A stretch of DNA of 64,000 nt from the human T2T-CHM13v2.0 reference genome, Homo sapiens. The stretch lies in the NCBI RefSeq assembly GCF_009914755.1, contig NC_060931.1. The stretch is one strand, 5' to 3'. The position numbers were made by a program, and so were the translations under genes. Positions 1 through 25,589 of the stretch are shown here, one piece after another. Each line of letters starts with the position of its first letter. Within the stretch, counting starts at the first letter, position 1. The notes under the pieces were generated by a model that did no database searches, was not told where the DNA came from, and worked only from the letters and a program-made list of their open reading frames with translations.

Positions 1-353
1 TGGGCTCAGGCCTGGCATCTGGGCTTGGCTCCCCTGCTGCCCACCACCCACCAAGAGGTGAGGAGAAGCAGATGAGACCTAAGGTAGGAGATGGGAGCTG
101 GCAGTAAGTGGGTGTTTTAGGGGAGACTTTCCAGGTGAGAGGAGGCAAGTGGAGGTCCATATACCCAAGTATCTCCCACTGGGTGTCCCCAGTCACTCAC
201 CCTCTGCAAGCCTCCCCCGATCCTCTGGGTGTCTCATCTCAGCAGGTGAAACCGACAGTCTCCCCAGAGTCCAGGCAGCCCTCTATAACCACCCCCTTGA
301 CTTTCAGTTCCACTCCATCATGAAATTTGGTTCACAATTTTCCTGACAAGCTG

Positions 354-490
354 CGCTCTTGTGCTCTCTCTCTCTCGCTCACTCTCTCTCGCTCTCTCTC
401 TCTTGCTGTCTCTCTCGCTCTCTTGCTGTCTCTCTTTCTCACTCGCTCTCTCTTGCTGTCTCTCTCGCTTTTGCTCTCGCTCTCACTCTG
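354..490. repeat. Imperfect (CT)n / CTCG microsatellite
   Basis: Visible polypyrimidine dinucleotide repeat; explains the Leu/Ser ORF 327..596. Confidence 0.9.
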
Positions 491-1083
491 TAGCCACATG
501 ACAGTGTTTAATCACAGACCTCTCCATCCCTTACTGGGATTATTGCACCAGCCTCTGCCAGAATTCCCTGACCCCAGGCTCGCCCTGCTTCTCTAAACTT
601 CTCGGCAGTCAGGGTGAGCTTGCAAAAGTGGCAAGTCCAACCGTATGACTGTGTCCCTTTAGCCTGACGCCCTTCCCCAGCTCCCTATATAATGCAGAGA
701 AAGTTCCAGCTCCTTAGCCGCGTAGTCAAGGTTCCTGGAGTCCTGGCCCCTAAGGCATTGGTGCTCTCTGGTTCCCTCTCCCTGTGCACCTCACCTGCCT
801 TCCAGGTGAGGTGATTCCTGGAAAGTCTTGGCCGTTTGGCAGTGCCCCTGCAGCCCAGGCCTGAATAGCCTTCTCTCAAGATTTGGCCAAAACATCCCCA
901 TCTCCATGAAGTGTCCACACTGCCTCCCCACTTTCTCCCAGCCTGGGGGAGTTGACCACCCCCTCGAGGCTGCCCCACTTAGGCTGCTGTGCACCAATGT
1001 GACACTGGTGTGACATTGACTGTTACACTGGGGGCACCGATTTGGGTCTTAGCCTGTCTTCTCCACCAATATAAAACCTCCTA

Positions 1084-1707
<624 letters not shown>

Positions 1708-2114
1708 TCATCAGCCTGGTTTCCTTTTTTCTGTGGCCCCATTGTCCAACATTGGTCTAACGGGGCCCTGGGGACACATTCATTCATTTCTCCACTCCAT
1801 ACTTTTGAGGTATTTTTGAAGATTAGACGCATTGTCAGGCAGGACAGCCATGCCCCAAACCACAGAGTCCGGGGGCAGCTGATGGGACCTGGGAGGCAAG
1901 GAGAGGCACGGGTTATCGGTGTCTGATGGAGGCAACCCGGCTCCTGCCCCCAGGGAAGCCTGCTCTGGGGCAGCCTAGAGCATAGGATGGTGTGGGCTGG
2001 AATTTAAGCTCTACCACCTCCTAGCTGTGTATTCTGGGTAAGATGCTCACCCTCTTTGAGCCTCTGTTTCCTCGTCTATGAAGCTGGACATCATTCCCTG
2101 CCAGGGTAGTGTAA

Positions 2115-2400
<286 letters not shown>

Positions 2401-3029
2401 CCAAAGGAGCACTCCTGTGGGAGACCAATGGGTGCATGATATTGTTGTCATTTCTCGGTCTTCAAAAATGACGGACACTGCTGGTCGCTGTGGCTTCCTC
2501 CTGCTCGGTTGGTCACTCCTGCACATGTCTGCAGTAGTGGTGCTCCTGGGGACCCCCTCGCCACCCCACAAAACTGCTCACCGCATGGCCAAACAGGTTT
2601 GTCTTTTTCCGTGTGATTTCTTCTTTTGCTAGAACATTTATAAAACTCCTTAGGAAGTTTCAGGAACGTTAAGAAAGTTAAGGAAAATTTATGAATGCTT
2701 TTCCAGAGGCTAAAAAGAATTTATTTCCTACTAGCTAGTCTAGAATTGTATTACTTATTTATGTAAGTTTTAACTTTATAATCTGTCTGGAGGTCATTTT
2801 AGTGTTAGATATAAAGTGTTAGCTAATTTCCTCCCCCCTCAAATGCCTGCCCCATTTCCCATTGTTGTGTAGTGCTTGTGTTATCATGGCTTGCATTTTT
2901 AGGTAGGATTGGTTCTTATACATAATCGCTCCTTTGTAGCCTATTCCAACCGTGTGTATCCCTGATCTCACTCCAGCATCACGCTGTTAAATGACTGTTC
3001 CCTTAGACTATGTTTTATGGAAGACTTTA

Positions 3030-3155
3030 TAGCATAGTAGTTTAGATTATGGGCTTTGAAGTCAAACTGGCAGAGATCCACATAAGACCTTTGCCTCTTA
3101 ATAAATGTGTGACCTTGGGTGAGTTACCTCACAGTTCCTCATCTGTAAAATGGAC
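3030..3155 (+). mobile_element. MIR fragment
   Basis: Core tgtgtgaccttgggtgagttac...cagttcctcatctgtaaaatgg. Confidence 0.75.
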
Positions 3156-3166
3156 TTCTGGGAGGT

Positions 3167-3557
3167 TGAAATGGTTTGGTTCTGTGCCCCTGCCCAAATC
3201 TCATGTCAAATTGTAATCCCTAAAGTTGGAGGTGAGGCCTGGTGAGAGGTGACAGGATCATTGTGGGGGGGGTTTCCCCTTTGGTGCTGTTCTCGTGATG
3301 GTGAGTGAGTTATTGTGAGATCTGGTGGTTTAAAATGTGTAGCACCTCCCCCTCTCTCTCTCTTCCCTTTGCTATGGCCATGTGAAGACGTGCCTGCTTT
3401 TCCTTCATCCTTCTGCCATGATTGTAAGTTTCCAGAGGCCCCTCCAGCCATGCTTCCTGTACAGCCTCCAGAAGCGTGAGCCAATTAAACCTCTTTCCTT
3501 TATAAATCACCCAGTCTCAGGCATTTCTTTATAGCAGTGCAAGAACAAACGAATACA
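3167..3557 (+). mobile_element. MSTA/MSTB-type MaLR solo LTR
   Basis: TG...atggtttgg...cccaaatctcatg start, gaagcgtgagccaattaaacctctttcctttataaat...aatacA end, 5-bp TSD gaggt/gaggc. Confidence 0.88.
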
Positions 3558-3666
3558 GAGGCCTGTAGTATCTCCCTCACACATTCAGAACAAATTGAGA
3601 ACTAGATATAGACATCAGATGGCTGATAATAAGGCTGATAAAACATCAGCCTTATTATTGAGTAGA

Positions 3667-3762
3667 GGTGGTTGCTGTCCACTGTCACAACTTGTATTTA
3701 GCATTGCACTGGAGATCCTAGCCAATGCAGTAAGACAGGAAAAGGAAATGAAAGGGATGATG
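3667..3762 (+). mobile_element. Old L1 ORF2 (RT) fragment
   Basis: GCCPLSQLVFSIALEILANAVRQEKEMKG resembles L1 [28 protein letters not shown]. Confidence 0.8.
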
Positions 3763-4289
3763 ATGGAAAAAAACAAGACAAAAAACAAAGCCTCGGTGGG
3801 CATCCTGACATTCACTCCTGCCTTAGATAGACTCAAGACCCCTAGTCATAGGTAATACCAGACCCCCTAGGTCTTCACCCATGCACACACTTTCTCAGAT
3901 AAACCCTATCCCCAGAAAATTACTATGGAGCACAGCAGAAAATACTGAGAGAGGAGAAACAAGGATGGAAAGCAAGGACAGGAATGTTCCTTTAGCAAAA
4001 GTCCTTTCACATATGAGGTGGAGGTGGTGATGGATAGTCTCAGTGCAGTGAACAACCTATACCACTATATGGGGCCATTTAACTTGCCCTATAGACAGAA
4101 GAAGAAGGGGAGTGGTAAGAGCATTTTGGGCAAAGAATACAATGTGAGCAAGAGCACTAAGACAGTAAATTCAGGAAGTGAAAGGACACTGAAGGCTTGA
4201 GCTCTAGAGCAGTGATAATGAGGTTGAGGTGGAAAGACCTGATTTAAGAGCTATCAGGGTTAGAATGGGTAGGACTTGGCAGGTGATGA

Positions 4290-7910
<3,621 letters not shown>

Positions 7911-7949
7911 ATTCAGCTGCTTTTGGATCAACCGATCGCCTTAAGACCT

Positions 7950-9250
7950 TTTAACTCGAACACCTGTCACATCCTAGGATCCGCGAAGGACTGAAACAGA
8001 GTTTCTGAAGCGTCCCTCGGCGCAGTAGCTCCGCTCCACCTCCCATTCGCGCTACCACCGCGGCCGCAGCCCCAGGAGTCGCCGCGGAGCCAGCGTCGCC
8101 CTCCAGCTGTTGCGCGTCGGAAGCCGGAAGCAGGGACTGAGCGACAGACTAGGAAACGCCGGTTTCTCCGGGGCTCCCCAGCGCCCCACCTTTACCCCGG
8201 AGGCCGCCCTCTTCCATTTGCTCTTGGGCGTCAGGGCGGTACCCCACTCCGCTCGACCCTTTGGATCCGCTCGCACTTCCTCCCGTCCAGAGTCAAAGGC
8301 CCCGGAAGTGACGTTTACGCGCCGCGCGTAACGTGCGTTCGCTGGCGGTGCCGGGGGCGGGGCGAGCAGGAGGGTGGGTGTGAGGCGGGAGCTGGCCGCG
8401 GAGCCCAGACCTACCCGGGCGAAGCGGGCGAGCGGTGGTTTGGACGCCGGCGGAGACGCGGGCGAGGTACGGAGCGGACGGACTGGGGCTGAGAGCTGCT
8501 CGGCTCTCAGCTACAGGAGCGGGGCGGCGGGGCGTCTCGGGCTGGGGGTGGCAGGGCGGTCGGTCCGTGCCATCCGCGCGGCTGGGGCAGTTGCGCGTCG
8601 GTGCCTCCCGCTGTCCTTCGTCCCACATTCCGTCTCCGTCAGCGCCGCCTTCCCCGTTCCAGGCCGCCCTCGGCTCCCTTAATCCTCAGAGTGCGGCCTC
8701 TCCGTCCCAGACGCTAGTTGCCGGGATCTCCAGCGCCAGCCGAGCCCCGACGGCCTGACGCGGAGCATTTCCTGGCCGCCTCCCTCTCCGGCGGCTCCCC
8801 TCGCCCCGGCTCCCACCTTCCGTCCAGGCCGCTGGCTCCGAAGCAGCGTCTGTGGTCGCACGGGGCCCCTCCCACAACCTCCCCGGAAAGCGCTGGTATG
8901 GGACGCTCGGACCCAGACCACAGCCCCCGGCCGCGGCAGGGGCGCGGGGACTTGATCCCACGTCACCCTAGGGGGCAGAAGTGTCCCGGAGTTGGGAGGG
9001 GATTTGAAGCCTGTGGTCCTGACTTCCACCCCGTGGCTGAGGGCGAGGCTGCGGGGCCGGGGTTAGGAGCAGAAGTCCCTGCTTCCGAACCGTCTGGGAG
9101 GAGAGCCGAGGGATGCCCATCACGGCAGTTTAGGGAGAGAGAGGGAGGGACTCTGCCGCTTTGGAGGCTAGGTCATAGGCAGCTGGCGGTGTCTCAGCGC
9201 GGGTGACCAATCCTTGCGGTTGGGAAATGTGTCGTGGGCGCCCGTGGGCT
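7950..9250. promoter_or_regulatory. RABGEF1: CpG island / TATA-less promoter of RABGEF1
   Basis: Very high GC and CpG density. Tandem ETS cores CGGAAG-CCGGAAGC at 8118-8131, CCGGAAGTGACGT (ETS overlapping a half CRE) at 8302-8314, GC box GGGGCGGGGC at 8354-8363. Confidence 0.9.
8400..8466 (+). other. RABGEF1: Non-coding exon 1 of RABGEF1 (start approximate)
   Basis: Lies just downstream of the promoter motifs, contains no ATG, and ends at donor GAG|GTACGG (GT 8467-8468) followed by intronic G-runs. Confidence 0.75.
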
Positions 9251-9367
9251 CGTTTTGCCTTTGAGATTAGGTAGGAAATTTTCCCAGGACGAGTTTACCG
9301 GAGCACCTTGGGAGTTGGTTTTTGGCCTGGAGAGCTGCTTTCCCCCCTCTAAACCTAGAACTGCTTT

Positions 9368-14771
<5,404 letters not shown>

Positions 14772-16225
14772 CTAGTGGAACATTTTAATTTGTTTCTGGT
14801 AGCATAGCTCTCTTGGCAATGGTCATTAAGAGGGCCAAATACCATTATTATGATCAATTAATTAAATGTGGTTAAAAGTCAGAAGTTAGAATAAGTATGT
14901 GTTCATGAATGCGTAAAATATTACACACTGAGAGAGTATTAAGCTTTTTAATTTTCCCCCAGTAACAGTGAGCAGATTGCTGAAATCTCTGAAGCAGGAA
15001 TGTAACAAGAGTTTTGAGGGCTCTAAATTCTCTGCTGTTTCACCCTAAGGAATGGTTTGGCAGCATCCTCTATGCTAGGCACAGAACAACTCAGGAGGAA
15101 TTGTACAAAGACCTTATGAACCACATTTGAAGCTAGTCTGTTCAGTTCCCATTCAAAATAAATACACAACTGTAATTGAATTTATGGTGATTTGGTCTGT
15201 ATGCTAAAATTAAAAATCGCTTTTGGGGGATTTTCACATAGGGGTATATTTATAATTTTCTGTGTGCTTTGCAGTTAAAAATACATAATGAAAGTTTTAT
15301 TTTTGTAGTTCCTCTGTTGTACAGAGGAAATTTAAATTCTTAAAATTAGAATTTTCTAATTTTAAGCACTTTCATTTTTCCTTTAGAAGGTACTTTGGAG
15401 CACATAAAAGAAAATGCCATTAGAAATTGAACATAGAAAATGTTTATTAATCGAAGAAAATGTTTTCTTATTGTGCTATAATTTTTTTCAGTGGAACATA
15501 TCATTTACTTATTCCATTATTCCACATCTTGTTCCAGAAAGGGTTTGTAATGACTTACAAAGATACGTGCGACATACTGTTGGTAACATAACAGATAAGT
15601 GGGTGAGGAATGCAGGACTGAGGGAAAATTAAGATGGAAACAGGAATGAGCTGTGTACACAGAGCACTTGGACTGAAGTCTTAAGTGCAGAGGGCCACAA
15701 ATTTGGCTTTGCTTTTGAGTAGCCAATTAAGAGAGAAATATAATCAGTTACATGGGTCAGTGACCATACGACAAAAGAGATCATTTCTGCTTTGGATTCC
15801 CAAAGACTTTCCAGCATGCGTTTCAAAGGGCTGGGTGTCGAGTTTTACTTTGTGTGTTAGTAAAACTCCTTATTGGCTTTTTGTGTAAGACGGTGACATA
15901 ACATCAAAACATTCCGTAAAAGCATTTCTCTTGCCTGCAAAATAATGTGATCCGAGTACTTAGATCTCTAGGCTGATTTAAGGATCTGTTTTAGATTATC
16001 TAGATGAGTAGGTGGATTGCACATTCTTCACCTACCTTCCATACTTTCTCAGTGGATCTTTTGTAATGAATTTATCAGCAGTGGGGTTTGAGTTTGTGCT
16101 TCCTCACAAGTTCCTTGAATGCATCTGTTTTCTGTTGTTGGTGAATCACGGAACCATATGTTTTAACAGGCATGGTTTATCATGGGGGTATCACGATGGA
16201 ACAGTCTGACAAGGGCACATATTTG

Positions 16226-16746
16226 TTTGTTTGTTTTTTGAGGAAAATCACTTTATTCTAATTAACTCAACAAAGAATAAAATCATAACGGCTAGTTCAA
16301 GGGTGCCACACAAACATCTACCCAGCCATCTTAATGAAATTCTACACAGTAAGAATTTCCTTTTCCATTGCAGTCCTGAAGCAGGGACGCTATGAGAGAG
16401 GAGAGGTTTACCTGATGATTACACTTTATACCTTCACTATCAATTGTATTTTTGTGCTAAATCACTTGGTTATGAGAGCTGATTTTCCATTTCTCCAATT
16501 CGAACTTTCTGATTAGACCAATCTGTTTGCAAGTCTGCACTGTTTCAGCACCTTATTGAAACCCTCACAGAGTTTTCTGTCACCCTGGTTCTGGGCACTC
16601 TCCAAAAACTGTTTTATGTCATAAGAGCAAGGCCGCTGCTGCTTTGCTGGCTGGGTTCCCTGAGGCTCTTGGTAGGTGATATCAGGCCTTCAGGCTCACC
16701 ATGACTTCCTCCACTGAAGCCCTGGTGGTGGCATGACCCAGTGTAT
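16226..16746 (-). pseudogene. 5'-truncated processed pseudogene of CHCHD2
   Basis: Minus strand reads ...HTLGHA.../GFSGGS.../PDITYQEPQGTQPAKQQRPCSYDIKQFLESAQNQGDRKLCEGFNKVLKQCRLANRLV* (stop 16513-15), matching the CHCHD2 C-terminus with frameshifts. Also 3'UTR, AATAAA (16252-57), poly(A) remnant, and ~21-bp TSD GTCTGACA(A/G)GGGCACATATTT at 16204-24 and 16747-67. Confidence 0.92.
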
Positions 16747-17194
16747 GTCTGACAGGGGCACATATTTGAATGAAAGCCACCTCACCTCCATACAGAGATG
16801 GGCTGAGGGAATACCAAATATGAAGATGGGAGCAGATCCAGATCTACTCGTCTCAGATGAAATGTCCAGTAAGTTGTATTGCCTGTATTTTGCTCCAGCT
16901 GAACAGTTGCACTTTCAAGTAATAATAGTTCAAATTTATCAAATGCTAGCAGGAGCCATGCATTGTGTTAATGGAGAGAGACCATCCTTATTCACTCTTA
17001 CTCAGTAAACAGTGGGTGAAACTGCCCTTGCCTAAATATAGTTATGTAATGCTGTGTTTCCTTAATTGTATATCCATAAAGCTTTTGACATTGTTTTCTA
17101 AATGTGTTCCTCAAAAAGGAGTTGGGCTAGTGACCAAAGTTTTGAATAGAATATTGTAAGAAAGCAAATACAAAGTGTAAAAACAAAAAACAGA

Positions 17195-20228
<3,034 letters not shown>

Positions 20229-20314
20229 TCATATTCAGAAAAGGGAGTCTCCCATTGGGAATGAAGTCCTGAGAATAAATGGACATTTTCGTAATTGTGG
20301 TGTTTTCTTTATAG

Positions 20315-20488
20315 CAGTGGTTCTCAAAGGTAGTTCCTAGCAGTATCACCTGGAAACTTGTTAAATTCGAATTCTCAGGCCCTTTCCCAGGCCAGTTGAA
20401 TCAGAAACTCTGGGGTGGGACCCAGTACTCTGTGTTTTAACTAGTCTTCCAAGTGATATTGATGTACATTCAAGTCTGAGAAACACTG
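20315..20488. mobile_element. MER5A (hAT-Charlie) MITE
   Basis: TIRs CAGTGGTTCTCAAA ... TCTGAGAAACACTG and internal gaatcagaaactctggggtggg. Confidence 0.85.
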
Positions 20489-20881
20489 CTTGTCAGGTTA
20501 GTTGTTTGCTGTTTAATTTTTTTACTCCCACCTTCACTGGGCCCTGGAGAGTGTGGAAGGGACAAAAGTGAGAGAACACTGTCTCTGCAGGTACTTTGCC
20601 AGTCTTCTGATGAATTGTTTGAGAAACCTAGAAAACATCTATTGAGCACCTCCTCAGTTCCCGGCACTGTGCTAAGTGGCTAAGAGCATGGGGTGGACAT
20701 GTAAGCAAGTAATTGTAATAGGACATGAGTATTATAATGGCTGTATTTATAAAAAGCTACAGGAACGGGAGAGAGAATTACCCTGTCAGTGGGGAAGTTG
20801 GAGTCAGATGTCCCTTGATCCTTGAACAGGGTAGGATTTGAAGGTGAACAGACAGAAGGGTATTCTAAGTGGGTTCATAAA

Positions 20882-20989
20882 TAGGATAACCATGTAACTT
20901 ATTATCCACAGGTGGTCACTTTTGAGAATCAAAGGGGGTGCTTTTAGGCCAGGACTGTTGCTTGCTAACTGGGGTGTATGATTGTCCTA
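20882..20989. mobile_element. MER94/MER81-like hAT-Blackjack MITE
   Basis: Degenerate TIRs taggataaccat ... atgattgtccta and internal cacttttgagaatcaaagggggtgc. Confidence 0.55.
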
Positions 20990-21129
20990 TTTGTAAAGAA
21001 CAGGTGTTGCTGTGAACCCAGAGTTCGATGTAAATTTGTGGAAAACTCATTTCTTCTAATTATTTGTAGAGTTTACAACAATTCTTATTGGATGGTATAT
21101 TTTTCCCCCAGGGCTGCTGTAAAATATTA

Positions 21130-21231
21130 CAGGCATACTTTGGAGATATTACGGGTTTGGTTCTGCACCACTGTAATAAAGTGAGTCACACAAATTTTTG
21201 TGTTACCCAGTGGATATAAAAGTTGTATTTT
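21130..21231. mobile_element. Tigger1 terminal fragment
   Basis: ta|caggcatactttggagatattacgggtttggttc...aataaagtgagtcacacaaattttt. Confidence 0.7.
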
Positions 21232-21360
21232 GGGCCAGGGTCTCTCTGCATCTCTGTGTTCCAGTTGGGGTAGGGTAATTTCCCTTTCAGTTTGAAGAGC
21301 TCTCCCTGGTATTTCTTCCAGTGGATGTCTTCGCATAACAGTGTTTTTTCTCTCATCTGA

Positions 21361-23177
<1,817 letters not shown>

Positions 23178-23732
23178 GCGTAAAGAAAAGAAATGCCTTT
23201 AACAGAGACCACCTAATATGTTGCAAGTTGCTGTTACCTTAGGTGGAGTTAGGAGAAATAATTTTTGGTCAGTAACTTAGTGAATAAATTGACCATTTGT
23301 GCTGCTTCCCTGGGCGAGGGCATAGAGAATGGTACAAAGTAGGCTACGGTAGCCAGATTATCTTGTATGTAATTTTGAGCTGTTATTCCGGAGAATGGCA
23401 TGCTCAGATTAGAGTTACAATTTTGCTTAACCAAGGAGAGCGTGATCTAGTACAATAGAAGACTGTTGTCTAGAACTCATTCCTTGAGAATGCTCCCCTG
23501 CTTGCTCTGCTCATTCCAGCAGCAATCAACTCTACATTGTATTCCAGGGAGTTGATTATCATTTGGAATTATTTGTCCAAGCTAACGTTTGGACAAATAA
23601 TGTTTTGTTATATTTAACATTAAAACTCTGACATTGACATTCACATTCATTTTGGAAGCATTATATTTAATCATATGAAAGTTGGTGAACCTTGGATTAC
23701 AGATTGCAAATGCTAATAAGTCTTTTATTAGA

Positions 23733-23757
23733 ATGATGGCGTCTTCATACCATGAAG
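23733..23757 (+). CDS. RABGEF1: Candidate alternative upstream coding exon adding MMASSYHE(VVSRKK) to Rabex-5
   Basis: ATG ATG GCG TCT TCA TAC CAT GAA G|GTGAGT: consensus donor, phase 1, in frame with the open 5' part of exon 2. Candidate acceptors at AG 23730-31 or AG 23701-02. Confidence 0.55.
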
Positions 23758-23779
23758 GTGAGTACTGAAAGATATATAA

Positions 23780-24110
23780 GAAGAATATCTATAAATCAAA
23801 AGAAAATAGTAATGACATAGAAAAATGAGCAAAATCAGTTATTCAAAGAAAATATACTAGTGCTAATAAATATCTCTAAAGATGGCTAACCTTAGGGAAA
23901 TGCACGTTAAATGATTTTTTTTGTTTGCCTGTCAGATTGACAAAAAATTAAAGTTCGATAATGCTATGCTTATGAGGTTATGGGAGACCAGATTCCCTCA
24001 TACACTGTAGGTGGGAATGTAAATGGTATAGCCTTTTTGTCAGACCAGTTTGGTATATGTCAGAATTTTAAATGCACATACCCTTTGGCATTCCGTTTCT
24101 GTTTCTAGCA
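23780..24110 (+). mobile_element. Old L1M fragment (ORF2 3' region)
   Basis: ctcatacactgtaggtgggaatgtaaatggtatagcc motif. Confidence 0.65.
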
Positions 24111-25111
24111 AACTGCTCACATTTTGCGGTCTGCTCAAGGTCATGGTCTGCTCATAACCTTGTCCTGCTTGGCTATCAAAGATTTATAAATTGTGTTAGT
24201 ACTATTTCTGAATTTAATAAAATACTTCATTGTCCTGTTCAGATTTTTTTTTCTAGTCCCTTATTTGCTTTTATATTTTGGCTACAGATAGCCTCTTAAA
24301 AACTAGCTAGATGTTTCAGTTTATGTATTTTAAGTTTTGTTTCCTTTCTGACTTTCCCTGCAGTTTGTAACCTTAGATGACACTCATCTCTTTAGAACTT
24401 TCATGAATACTTCATTTTAGTTCTTTCCATTTTCTGTTTGTCTCTAAAATCTTTAACTTTTTAAAGATACCTGTAATTAATGTAGGGGGTGTCAGATTGC
24501 TGACCAGTTATTGCAACACTATTTATTGAAAATTTCCCCTTCCCCTCCTTCTTCTAACATTAAATTACCTTATATATTACATTAGATTCATTTTTGAGTC
24601 AGTGTATCCTGTAGTGGTTTGACAGGTCTGTTCTTATGTTCACAGTCTTCTAACTAGTTTGCAAATAAAAATTCAGAAAATTAATTTAGAAAATCAAAAA
24701 ATAATTGAGTCTGTTTATTTTTGCTGACATTCATTTTGTTGAGTTCCAAAAAGTCTTGTGGGATTTTTATGGCCATTTGTAGTAAACTTACACATTTTGG
24801 AATGTTTGACACTGTTACAACATTTATTTTCACACATTATGTTAAGTATATTTCCATATTTTTATGTGGATTATATTTTCTCATTAAAATGTTTTTCTAC
24901 AAGTGTTTACATATTGATGCTATTATGACTGATATCTTTTTTATACTTTCTAACTTGTTATTGTTTCTCTGTTACAAGAGTTCCACAGATTTCATGTACC
25001 TATCTAGCTTATTTCACATAAATGTGAATTCTTTTTTAAAGTTAGCCATTTTAAAGTTAATTTCTCAGCATTAATAGTGTTTTATTTTCTTTAGGCCTTT
25101 CAGATACATAG

Positions 25112-25589
<478 letters not shown>

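Noticed and set aside
327-596. Leu/Ser-rich membrane-like ORF, and the ER-repeat ORF at 4446..4841
   Set aside because: Produced by the (CT)n and (GA)n microsatellites.
685-692. TATA-like TATATAA
   Set aside because: Isolated motif with no supporting downstream exon or ORF.
8052-9206. Overlapping 70-160 aa ORFs in the CpG island
   Set aside because: Stop-codon scarcity in GC-rich DNA; low complexity and no recognisable domain.
15515-15940. Possible ancient L4/RTE-type repeat
   Set aside because: Only vague motif resemblance; cannot be supported without an HMM search.
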